Assembly: GCA_051888835.1 (NCBI GenBank)
Contig: JBJFCH010000082.1
Coordinates: forward strand, 10,426-70,841
DNA: 60,416 bases
Source of the DNA: Oliverpabstia sp.
GTDB taxonomy: Bacteria; Bacillota; Clostridia; Lachnospirales; Lachnospiraceae
Direction: 5' to 3'
Shown: one piece after another, positions 19,076-27,499 of the stretch
How the letters are laid out: the number at the start of each line of letters is the position of its first letter
Numbering within the stretch: the stretch's first letter is position 1
Made by a program: the position numbers and the translations under genes
Notes under the pieces: model-generated
The model's database searches: none
Seen by the model: the letters and a program-made list of their open reading frames with translations, nothing else
Told to the model about the DNA's origin: nothing

Positions 19076-20224
19076 TTAAGAAAGCAGTGTATTTAAATTG
19101 AGCTTGAGAATCCGGTCCATTTTAAAAAGAGAACTTGCACGATAATTATAAGCGGCAGATTCAAATAATACATATAGATCGTCCCCGTCTACATAAATCT
19201 GTTCCATCTTTTCCGGAAGATAAAACTTCAAAACGGCAGCATTTTCTTCCAGAAGCTTCTGCATGGAATTATTAAATACCTGCAGTGTAGAAGGAAGTAC
19301 CCCATAAGAATGGGAGAATAATATTTTGTCTTTATAGAAAGCAACTCCCTGTGCTTTTTCTGTGATAACCCGCATATCGGAGGGAAGAGCAAGAGGAGTA
19401 ATCGTATCGGATTTATCGAGAGAATCAGTAAGCAGTTGAGTGACCAGAGTGCCGTCTTCGTTGATATCGTACTGTTCCAGGACACTGGCTGTATTTTCGG
19501 TAAAATATCCGATATACAGGGAATTATCATGGTATGTCAGAAAAGAAGTTCTGGTGATCGCATACAGGTCGTAAGACTGTGAGTAAGTGATCGGAAGATG
19601 ATCTTCCTGGAAAGAATATTCTTCCAGCTGCTTCAGTGTAATGGCATTGACCTGAGGAATACCGCGTGACATTCCGGAAATCCAGATATTCTCATGGATA
19701 GAGTCATAGGCCAGACCGCCCACATGGGATTTGTTCCTAAGAACAATTTCTTTGATAAACTCATGACTTTTTTTGTCGATTACATAGATTACGGAATTAT
19801 GTGTCTGAGAACCGCAGTAAGCGCTGACAAGAATATAGTCCTCCGTGACAGCGAGCCCCTGAGGAGTCATGGAGGTACAGATTGCTGACGTTTCTTTTTC
19901 ACCGAATACCTGTGTCTCTGTGGACATAAGTCCGGGGATCACATAAGTTCCATAATCAATTTCTGTCGCACGCCCGTTAAAGGCAGCTGCTTTTACTTCC
20001 GGTGTCAGAGAAATTAAAGTACGCTGAAACTTCATATTGTATATAGACTCTGTAGTTGTCTGTGAAGCTTCCGGCTTGGGTTCATGACTGATGCGATAAA
20101 CAAGAATATAATAAAAATAAGCAGATCCGGCAAGAATCAATATGAGACAAAACAACAGCAGCCGAATATGCTTAAATTTTTTTTCGCTTTTTTTCTGTTT
20201 TTTGGTGGGCTCTTTTTCTTCCAT
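19076..20224 (-). CDS. Membrane-anchored hypothetical protein, probable beta-propeller
   Basis: Basic N-terminus plus one TM helix; repeated blade-like units (PQGLAV, HVGGLAYD, AQGVAF). Confidence 0.65.
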   Translation of the reverse strand: MEEKEPTKKQKKSEKKFKHIRLLLFCLILILAGSAYFYYILVYRISHEPKPEASQTTTESIYNMKFQRTLISLTPEVKAAAFNGRATEIDYGTYVIPGLMSTETQVFGEKETSAICTSMTPQGLAVTEDYILVSAYCGSQTHNSVIYVIDKKSHEFIKEIVLRNKSHVGGLAYDSIHENIWISGMSRGIPQVNAITLKQLEEYSFQEDHLPITYSQSYDLYAITRTSFLTYHDNSLYIGYFTENTASVLEQYDINEDGTLVTQLLTDSLDKSDTITPLALPSDMRVITEKAQGVAFYKDKILFSHSYGVLPSTLQVFNNSMQKLLEENAAVLKFYLPEKMEQIYVDGDDLYVLFESAAYNYRASSLFKMDRILKLNLNTLLS

Positions 20225-20364
20225 GTGTGTGCTCCTGATGCTGATATATATAATATGATATCTTATTTTTACAAAAAAAACAAGAAAACTGTGAAATTTG
20301 TATAAAGTCTATGGAAAAATAAGTTACCTGTCAGCAGATTCACCTGAAATGAATTCTGAGGATA

Positions 20365-20503
20365 AATGAGGAAGGGCCGATATCATTATGATATCGGCCA
20401 ATATGAAAAAGGAAATCTAAAAATAACTGTTAACCACATATTATGAGGGGGGACGGGAGACTACCTTGGATAATCTCCCGTAACAAAGTGTGGTTTGCTT
20501 TGT
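20365..20503 (-). ncRNA. Candidate small RNA with C-rich bulge
   Basis: Minus-strand TATAAT at 20509-20514; nested stems AACCACA/TGTGGTT and ACGGGAGA/TCTCCCGT; unpaired CCCCCCTC; 3' hairpin GGCCGATATCA/TGATATCGGCC; no ORF. Confidence 0.5.
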
Positions 20504-20636
20504 TGAGTATTATAATACATGGGAAATGTGACGATTTTGTGTTCGTATGGTAAATCATTTATAAAATTTCATAAAAAATACGAAACTGAAAAAAATAAAA
20601 GTATAAAACCCCTTTGCAAATTCAAAGAATAGCTTG

Positions 20637-22346
20637 TTATGAATGAAGACGAAGGCTCCGATAACGGTTCATGCAGGCATATATTTCCTGTATCCGGGGC
20701 ATAGCCAGATTCGGAGAAATACGGCCGCCATCAGCCAGAAAGTCGAGTCCCTGTGTAGTCAGCAAGTTTTCCAGCTGCTCCATAGATTCTTGAAGAGTAC
20801 GCCTTCCGTTAAAAATATGAAGCTGCGCATAGCGAAGCAGGGAGGACAGGGTGTTTACCTGTTCCGGATCCGCCAACTGCTCCAGATAGCGAAGATCAAT
20901 ATTTTCGTGGTTGACAGAGATTCCGTCTACACCTATAGTTTTCATTTTTATACGCCGATCTTCACGGAAAGAAGGATCCGGCTGCACGATCCTGTGAAAA
21001 TCGGGAGAAGATTTTTCGGGCGACGAAGGTCGAATCGAGGGAAATACTTCAGCTTCTTTTTTGGCAAATGAAGTAATATCTACCGGACGGTAGTGATCCA
21101 TCTGGATTACCGTGTCTGCTACATGAAAATAAGAACCGGAACTTCCTGCCACAAGAATCGTTGAAACTTCCTTTTCATGCGCCAGCCACTGCACCCGTTC
21201 GATAAATGGGGTGATGGGTTCCTGACTGCGGTTCACGACTCGCTGCATCAACTCATCACGGATCATAAAGTTTGTGGCACTGGTATCTTCATCAATCAAC
21301 AACAGCCTGCTGCCGGTCTCCATGGCTTCCACCACATTGGCTGCCTGGGAAGTGCTGCCGCTGGCATCTTCCGAGTAAAAACGGGAGGTATCCTTTCCGT
21401 TTGGAAGGTCATTGATAAAGAGAGAGATATCGGCAGCCTTGATACTCCTTCCGTCTTCCGCACGGATTTTGACGGCATCGGATTCTGTGATAACATATTC
21501 TCTTCCGTCTCCTGCAATATGGTTATAAACCCCCAGTTCCAGTGCCTCGAGAAGTGTGGATTTTCCATGATATCCTCCGCCTACAATCAGAGTGATCCCT
21601 TTTCGGATTCCCATACCCTTCATAGGACCGTGGTTTGGCAGATCAAGCGTCACTTCCATGGAAGAGGGAGAGATAAAAGGGATCCCATTTTTCATAGGAC
21701 GGGGTGATACACCGGATTCTCTGGGAAGAATAGAACCATTTGCTACAAAGGCAGTTAACCCCAAAAGGGAAAGCTGACGGCGGATATATGTCTGATCTTC
21801 AGCAAGCTGACAAACCTGTTTCAGTACTTTGGCATCAAGATTCCGATAATACAATGATTCCCGTACGCAGACAGGAAGAAAATCAAAAAGTATTTTTATC
21901 AGTTCCTGAGAATTGATCGTTCTGCCATTTGCCGGGAAACCTACCTCAAGACGAATCGTCAGGTCACCGGTGGAGCTGTTGAGAGAGCAGGCAGTCCGTT
22001 CCAGGATTTCCTGTTGACATCTGGTGATAGAGATTAGTCCGCTTTTTCCGGAACCTTTCGCCCGGAAATTGAATTTTTCTATTTTTTGATGAAACTGGCG
22101 AATTAGATAATCCTGGAGAGCGATACGTGTTTCTTTTGTATGATAAAGTGTTTCCGGGAATCCTGCCTGCTTGCTGCTTACTTTGATACTGAGTCTGGAA
22201 GGAGCGGCAAAAGGGTCTCCCTGTACATGGTCGATAGAAAGAATGTATCCTGGAAAAGCATAGGCGCCCCGAGTATCTTTATATGCGGGATAACTTTTTC
22301 TGTTGATCTGAAAAAGTAGTTGTTTTAAGTCTTCTGCTGATTTCAT
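20637..22346 (-). CDS. Predicted soluble ABC-class ATPase (ABC_ATPase family)
   Basis: DHVQGDPFAAPS, GGGYHGKST Walker A, ASGSTSQAA, LLIDEDTSATNFM Walker B. Confidence 0.85.
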   Translation of the reverse strand: MKSAEDLKQLLFQINRKSYPAYKDTRGAYAFPGYILSIDHVQGDPFAAPSRLSIKVSSKQAGFPETLYHTKETRIALQDYLIRQFHQKIEKFNFRAKGSGKSGLISITRCQQEILERTACSLNSSTGDLTIRLEVGFPANGRTINSQELIKILFDFLPVCVRESLYYRNLDAKVLKQVCQLAEDQTYIRRQLSLLGLTAFVANGSILPRESGVSPRPMKNGIPFISPSSMEVTLDLPNHGPMKGMGIRKGITLIVGGGYHGKSTLLEALELGVYNHIAGDGREYVITESDAVKIRAEDGRSIKAADISLFINDLPNGKDTSRFYSEDASGSTSQAANVVEAMETGSRLLLIDEDTSATNFMIRDELMQRVVNRSQEPITPFIERVQWLAHEKEVSTILVAGSSGSYFHVADTVIQMDHYRPVDITSFAKKEAEVFPSIRPSSPEKSSPDFHRIVQPDPSFREDRRIKMKTIGVDGISVNHENIDLRYLEQLADPEQVNTLSSLLRYAQLHIFNGRRTLQESMEQLENLLTTQGLDFLADGGRISPNLAMPRIQEIYACMNRYRSLRLHS

Positions 22347-22562
22347 TTCATTTTCTCCTTGCTTATTTGTTCATTCTGTTTAAGTATACCAATTTAAAAA
22401 AAATATTCAATCATTCTTTAGGTCGGATAATCAATATACTTTATTGGATATAAAAACCTAAAGTAGCCGTTATCAAAGATGTATGTTATAATTTCTCCAT
22501 GGGAATTAAGAAGCATGATTGTGATGAAAAGGATAGTATAGTAGCGTGAAGGGAGAATAGAG

Positions 22563-23006
22563 ATGGAGATTGAAAGAAAATTTTTAATAGACAGTTTACC
22601 GGAGCATCTGGATGATTTTCCTCATAAGGAGCTGGAACAGGCATATCTGTGTACCAATCCTGTGGTACGGGTTCGAAGAGAGGGGGAAGAGTATGTACTT
22701 ACCTACAAGTCCGGGGGACTTATGATGCGGGAAGAGTATAATCTTCCGCTGAATCAGGAAGCATATGAGCATCTTTTGAAAAAAGCGGATGGTATTGTGA
22801 TTTCGAAAACAAGATATATTCTCCCGGAAAAAGACGGATTGAGGATAGAGCTGGATGTGTTTCATGGAAAGTACGACGGGCTGCTTCTGGCAGAGGTGGA
22901 GTTTCCTACAAAAGAAGCTGCAAATGCTTATTGTCCTCCGGTGTGGTTTGGGGAAGATGTGACGTATTCAACCAAATATCATAACAGTAATCTGAGCAAA
23001 GAATGA
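22563..23006 (+). CDS. CYTH-domain (triphosphate tunnel metalloenzyme) protein
   Basis: MEIERKFL (ExExK), ISKTRY, ELDVF, AEVEF. Confidence 0.9.
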   Translation: MEIERKFLIDSLPEHLDDFPHKELEQAYLCTNPVVRVRREGEEYVLTYKSGGLMMREEYNLPLNQEAYEHLLKKADGIVISKTRYILPEKDGLRIELDVFHGKYDGLLLAEVEFPTKEAANAYCPPVWFGEDVTYSTKYHNSNLSKE

Positions 23007-23124
23007 TTGCATTTACTAAGACAGGAGAGGTGAAAATAAAATTATAAAAAGTAATTGCAAAATTTCAGATTGTTCCAATTCTTAAACATCTGAGGTAAGC
23101 TATAGGAAAGAAAGGAGCGGGACT

Positions 23125-23361
23125 ATGGATTATAAGCGAATGAACGAATTTCGGTTATTGGGTCTGACAATCGCGTACTATCGTAAACTGCGTGGAATGA
23201 CGCAGGCAGATCTGGCAGAAGCTACGCAGCTGAGCCGTACCCATATCAGCAATATCGAAGCACCGAATGGAAAAACATCCATTTCACTGAATAAGTTGTT
23301 TGATATTGCGGAAGTTCTGGAAGTGCCTATGAAAGATCTGTTTGATTTCCGGGATAAGTAG
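23125..23361 (+). CDS. XRE-family helix-turn-helix regulator
   Basis: RKLRGMTQADLAE..LSRTHISNIE; RBS AAGGAG. Confidence 0.88.
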   Translation: MDYKRMNEFRLLGLTIAYYRKLRGMTQADLAEATQLSRTHISNIEAPNGKTSISLNKLFDIAEVLEVPMKDLFDFRDK

Positions 23362-23412
23362 AACATGAAAAATAAAGAGGATGCTTTGGCATCCTCTTTA
23401 TTTTTTATGTTC
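23361..23412. terminator. Bidirectional terminator (XRE gene / thrS)
   Basis: AAAAATAAAGAGGATGC-TTTG-GCATCCTCTTTATTTTT. Confidence 0.9.
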
Positions 23413-23413
23413 C

Positions 23414-25375
23414 TTATTTCTGTTCTGCCGGCATTTCTTTCCGGATTTCTTTTGTCCGGATTTCCTTGCAGATATCATCAATAAACTGTTCCAGCGGTTT
23501 CACACCCTCATCTCCGGCAAAACGGCTGCGGACAGATACGGTATGGTCAGCTTCTTCCTGCTGTCCCACAACCAGCATATACGGAAGTTTTGCCATGCGG
23601 GCTTCGCGGATCTTGAAACCGATTTTTTCGGAACGATTGTCTGTGGTTGCATCAATTCCGTTTGCTTTCAGTGCTTTCAGCACTTCTTCCGCATAAGCTG
23701 TATATTTTTCAGAAATCGGAAGAACACGAACCTGTTCCGGACACAGCCAGGTTGGGAATTTTCCGGCGTATTTTTCAATCAGCCATGCCAGTGTTCTCTC
23801 GTAGCATCCAAGAGATGTTCTGTGGATAATATATGGACGTACCTTGTCCCCGTTCTGATCAATGTAGGTCATGTCAAAGTTTTCAGCAATGGCACAGTCA
23901 AGCTGGATAGTGATCATGGTATCTTCTTTTCCATATACATTTTTTGCCTGAATATCAATCTTCGGACCATAAAAAGCAGCTTCTCCTTCAGCTTCGGTGA
24001 ATGGAAGATTCTTTTCTTTCAATACTTCACGCAGTGCATTCTGTGTGGATTCCCAGTAATTGTCATCACCCAGATATTTTTTCTTGTTGTTCGGATCCCA
24101 TTTGGAGAGACGGAAGGTTACATCATCTGCCAGCCCCAGGGTATCCAGAACATAGTAAGCCAGATCCAGACATCCCTTCAATTCTTCTTCCGCCTGATCC
24201 GGACGGATTACCAGATGACCTTCGGAGATGGTGAACTGACGGACACGGGTCAGACCATGCATTTCTCCGGAATCCTCAGCACGGAACAGAGTAGAAGTTT
24301 CACCCATACGGTAAGGAAGATCACGGTAAGATTTCTGTGTGTTTTTGTATACGTAATACTGGAACGGGCATGTCATCGGACGCAGTGCAAAAACTTCTTT
24401 GTCTTTTTCTTCGTCGCCCAGAACGAACATTCCGTCTTTGTAGTGATCCCAGTGACCGGAAATTTTGTACAGATCACTTTTGGCCATCAGAGGAGTTCTG
24501 GTGCGGACATAGCCCCACTCATTATCTTCCAGATCCTCGATCCAGCGCTGCAGCTTCATGATCATCTTTGTACCCTTTGGAGTAAACAGTGGAAGTCCCT
24601 GTCCAACAACATCAACGGTGGTAAACAATTCCATCTCGCGTCCCAGTCGGTTGTGGTCCCGGCGTTTTGCATCTTCCATGCGTTCCAGATGGGCTTTCAG
24701 GTCATCTTTTTTATTGTAGGCTGTACCGTAAATTCTCTGAAGACGAGCTTTGTTGGAATCTCCTCTCCAGTAAGCCATAGAGGAAGAAGTCAGCTTGAAA
24801 GCTTTAATACCTTTGGTGGACATCAGATGAGGTCCTGCACACAGATCAACAAAACCGCCCTGATCATAGAATGAAATCTCAGAGCCTTCCGGAAGATCTT
24901 CAATCAGTTCCACTTTATAAGGTTCGTTACGTTCTTTCATGAACTGGATCGCTTCCTCACGGGGCAGTGTAAATCGTTTGATTTCGTGTCCTTCTTTGAT
25001 AATTTTCTTCATTTCTTCTTCGATTTTATCAAGAGCTTCTCTGCTGAAGCTTTCGCAATCGAAATCATAATAAAACCCGGATTCAATGGAAGGTCCGATA
25101 GCCAGTTTGGCATCCGGATACAGTCTTTTTACTGCCTCAGCCAGAACGTGGGAGGTTGTATGGCGGTAAGCAGCTTTTCCTGCTTCGTCATTAAAGGTAA
25201 GGATATTCAATGCGCAGTCTTTGTCAACAATGGTACGAAGGTCAACTACTTCGCCGTCTACTTCACCTGCACAGGCTGCTCTTGCCAGTCCTTCACTGAT
25301 ATCTTTGGCAATATCATAGACAGACATGGACTGTTCATAATCTTTTTGGGATCCGTCTTTCAATGTAATAATCAT
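23414..25375 (-). CDS. thrS: Threonine--tRNA ligase
   Basis: TGS N-terminus, HTTSH and DLCAGPH editing motifs, RPMTCP, GLTRVRQF, AAFYGPK, IIHR; T-box with ACC specifier upstream. Confidence 0.97.
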   Translation of the reverse strand: MIITLKDGSQKDYEQSMSVYDIAKDISEGLARAACAGEVDGEVVDLRTIVDKDCALNILTFNDEAGKAAYRHTTSHVLAEAVKRLYPDAKLAIGPSIESGFYYDFDCESFSREALDKIEEEMKKIIKEGHEIKRFTLPREEAIQFMKERNEPYKVELIEDLPEGSEISFYDQGGFVDLCAGPHLMSTKGIKAFKLTSSSMAYWRGDSNKARLQRIYGTAYNKKDDLKAHLERMEDAKRRDHNRLGREMELFTTVDVVGQGLPLFTPKGTKMIMKLQRWIEDLEDNEWGYVRTRTPLMAKSDLYKISGHWDHYKDGMFVLGDEEKDKEVFALRPMTCPFQYYVYKNTQKSYRDLPYRMGETSTLFRAEDSGEMHGLTRVRQFTISEGHLVIRPDQAEEELKGCLDLAYYVLDTLGLADDVTFRLSKWDPNNKKKYLGDDNYWESTQNALREVLKEKNLPFTEAEGEAAFYGPKIDIQAKNVYGKEDTMITIQLDCAIAENFDMTYIDQNGDKVRPYIIHRTSLGCYERTLAWLIEKYAGKFPTWLCPEQVRVLPISEKYTAYAEEVLKALKANGIDATTDNRSEKIGFKIREARMAKLPYMLVVGQQEEADHTVSVRSRFAGDEGVKPLEQFIDDICKEIRTKEIRKEMPAEQK

Positions 25376-25401
25376 GATCGTTCTCCTTCTCTTAGTTGAT
25401 A

Positions 25402-25642
25402 TTAAAACAGAAAAGCCCGTCTCTTTCGACTTTTCTGTCGAAAGGGACGAGCATATAACTCGCGGTTCCACCCTCTTTGGTGCAGATATGCACCCGCTTC
25501 ATTTGATGATAACGGAATCACCGTGCCGTATTAGGGCCGCTCGGAGGTGGTCTTCAGACAATAATCCGGCGGGATGCTCACACCTTTCCATCCCTCTCTG
25601 GAGCCATCTTACTGCTTACTCTTCTCTTCAACGCTTTCTACC
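25402..25642 (-). promoter_or_regulatory. T-box riboswitch leader (Thr, ACC specifier)
   Basis: T-box GGGTGGAACCGCG (25461-25473 rc), stem I AGAGA/GTGTGAG motifs, GAAG-ACC specifier, terminator CTCGTCCCTTTCGAC..GTCGAAAGAGACGGG-CTTTT. Confidence 0.93.
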
Positions 25643-25646
25643 AGTT

Positions 25647-25674
25647 ATTATAACATTGCAAAACGCTTTGTCAA
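25647..25674 (-). promoter_or_regulatory. Sigma-A promoter of the thrS leader
   Basis: TTGACA-16-TATAAT with extended TG. Confidence 0.85.
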
Positions 25675-25904
25675 GCTGGAAATCTGAGAATCGGCCTGGG
25701 AACCGGCAACAGTGCAGGAGTGGCAGTTTTTGCATGATGTGTTCGTGGCGAAACATCCGTATAAATAGAAAAATGTCAGCTGCGTCTTCAGTTATTGGGC
25801 CAATGGGTTCCTGTTTGACGGTCACCTATGAATACGATGAACTGTACCAATGTCGTTTAGTTGAAGACCGATTTACAGAAAAAATTCCCCCCGCCTGACA
25901 CTGT

Positions 25905-26105
25905 TTATTGGAATTCTTTGAGTTGATCTTTTAGATGCTGTAATTCTTTTTCAAGCTGATCTGCTCTTGCTTTTTCTTTTTCTGCCCTTTGACGTTCCAG
26001 TTCTGTATTGGCTTGTTCCTCTTTACGCCCCTGTTGAATTCCCTGCTCAATCCCCTGTTCTATTCCCTGTTGAATCAGCATTTCCTCTCGTTCAAATATT
26101 TTCAT
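25905..26105 (-). CDS. Putative internally initiated small Rpn C-terminal protein (RpnS-like, 66 aa)
   Basis: GAGGAGGTG upstream of in-frame ATG (MKIFEREE...); GIEQ repeats and coiled-coil tail. Confidence 0.5.
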   Translation of the reverse strand: MKIFEREEMLIQQGIEQGIEQGIQQGRKEEQANTELERQRAEKEKARADQLEKELQHLKDQLKEFQ

Positions 26106-26263
26106 ATACTGTAGTGACACCTCCTCATCCTGTTTGATCAGATTAACCATCTGATGTATGCTTCGAAGATTATCAGTTGTTGCATTTTCCTCTGTGGTAT
26201 GCTCCATATAGTGAAGAAACTGTTTCAGTTCTGCCGAAGGATTTCCTTTTTGCGTATTGCCAT
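25905..26263 (-). pseudogene. Rpn family (PD-(D/E)XK nuclease / putative transposase) gene with internal deletion
   Basis: RBS AAAGGAGA + MAIRKK start is out of frame with KGNPSAELKQFLHYME...YMKIFERE..QGIEQGIEQG, an Rpn-type C-terminus; nuclease core absent. Confidence 0.75.
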
Positions 26264-26481
26264 AGACATTTCTCCTTTCATTATGGTGCGGAAAGAAGAA
26301 ACGTATATATTTGGGATATCGCTACCGTTTCACTGCTTTCCGCCTTTATAGTAGTTATTTTTATAGGGGGAATCAATAACCGAACGGTTTAGATGTTTCC
26401 CAGATGTGCAATTTTATTTTAACAGTTTGCACAGCGTGTGTCAACTATATGTAATTAAAATCTTTCGACATAATATTTGTG

Positions 26482-27294
26482 CTAGTGATGCTTTCTGTAA
26501 CCGGAAGGTGTCTCACCAGTCACCGATTTGAATACCCGGTTAAAATGGGTGAGATTTGAGAAACCGGTTTCTGTACTGATCTGTGTAATGCTTTTATCCG
26601 TTTCCATCAGCTGTCTCTGAGCATTCATCACCCGTGTCACATTAATGTACTGGACAATGGTGCTGTTCGTCTGCTTTTTAAATTCCCGGCAGAGATATGA
26701 GGGGCTTAAGTAGAACATGGAGGAAAGCTGCCGGAGGGTGATATCTTCCGGATAATGCTGATGGATATAGTTGATGACCGGGATGATACGGCTGGTGCTT
26801 TCTTTTTTTATAGGTTCCACCTTTTTTGTCTGCATAAGAAGGGTATATAGGAGCATATTCAACAGAGTGTTCCGGTATCCATTATAGAATTCCGTCGGGT
26901 TTTCATATTCCCGGATCAGCTCATCCAGAATAAGGTGAAGTTTCTGGCGTACTTTGGGATCTGGCCGGTACATGCCATTGTTGCCATCCAGAGCAGCCAG
27001 AAGTTCTTCAGAAATAATATCTTCTTTTTCAAAATAAAGTACAATTCTTTTAAAGGGAATACCATCATCTCCGTAAGAACGGTGCATAACATAGGGGGAA
27101 AATAAAATCAACTCTCCTGGCCGCATTGCATACATATGATCTTCCATCATATGGTATCTTTCCCCGTCCTCCAGATAATACAGTTCATAATAGTTGTGAT
27201 AATGAGACTTCATCATATTATCATTGACACCGGCAACTCTTTCACCGGTAATGCTTGCTCCCTGAGCCATTCGAATTCCGGCCTGATCGATCAT
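26482..27294 (-). CDS. AraC family regulator with cupin sensor domain
   Basis: HYHNYYELYY cupin; LSPSYLCREFKK and GFSNLTHFNRVFK..GETPS HTHs; divergent from GH31 gene. Confidence 0.92.
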   Translation of the reverse strand: MIDQAGIRMAQGASITGERVAGVNDNMMKSHYHNYYELYYLEDGERYHMMEDHMYAMRPGELILFSPYVMHRSYGDDGIPFKRIVLYFEKEDIISEELLAALDGNNGMYRPDPKVRQKLHLILDELIREYENPTEFYNGYRNTLLNMLLYTLLMQTKKVEPIKKESTSRIIPVINYIHQHYPEDITLRQLSSMFYLSPSYLCREFKKQTNSTIVQYINVTRVMNAQRQLMETDKSITQISTETGFSNLTHFNRVFKSVTGETPSGYRKHH

Positions 27295-27499
27295 TTTGAA
27301 TCCCCCCCTCTATCGTTCATATGTAATCATAGTGATTGTAAAAGAATCATAACACGAATCCTATAGGAGAGCAAGATATGTAAAAAATCAGTTGTTTTAC
27401 AGCAAAATTCGTCTGGCTATGAACGTGTTTATCAATTATTCTTTAGCTATAAAGAAGATTATTAAACATATTCAATCTAGCAAAAGGGGGACACAGGTA

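Noticed and set aside
23125-23361. XRE gene as a prophage or toxin-antitoxin marker
   Set aside because: No integrase, phage gene or partner toxin adjacent
23381-24874. 497-aa plus-strand ORF
   Set aside because: Antisense to thrS, explained by codon bias; starts inside a terminator hairpin
25376-25471. N-terminal extension of ThrS in the ORF track
   Set aside because: Lies within the T-box terminator; the RBS AAGGAGA supports ATG 25375
26030-26075. 12-bp tandem repeats as a possible CRISPR or VNTR
   Set aside because: They encode the QGIE repeats of the Rpn C-terminus; no spacers or cas genes
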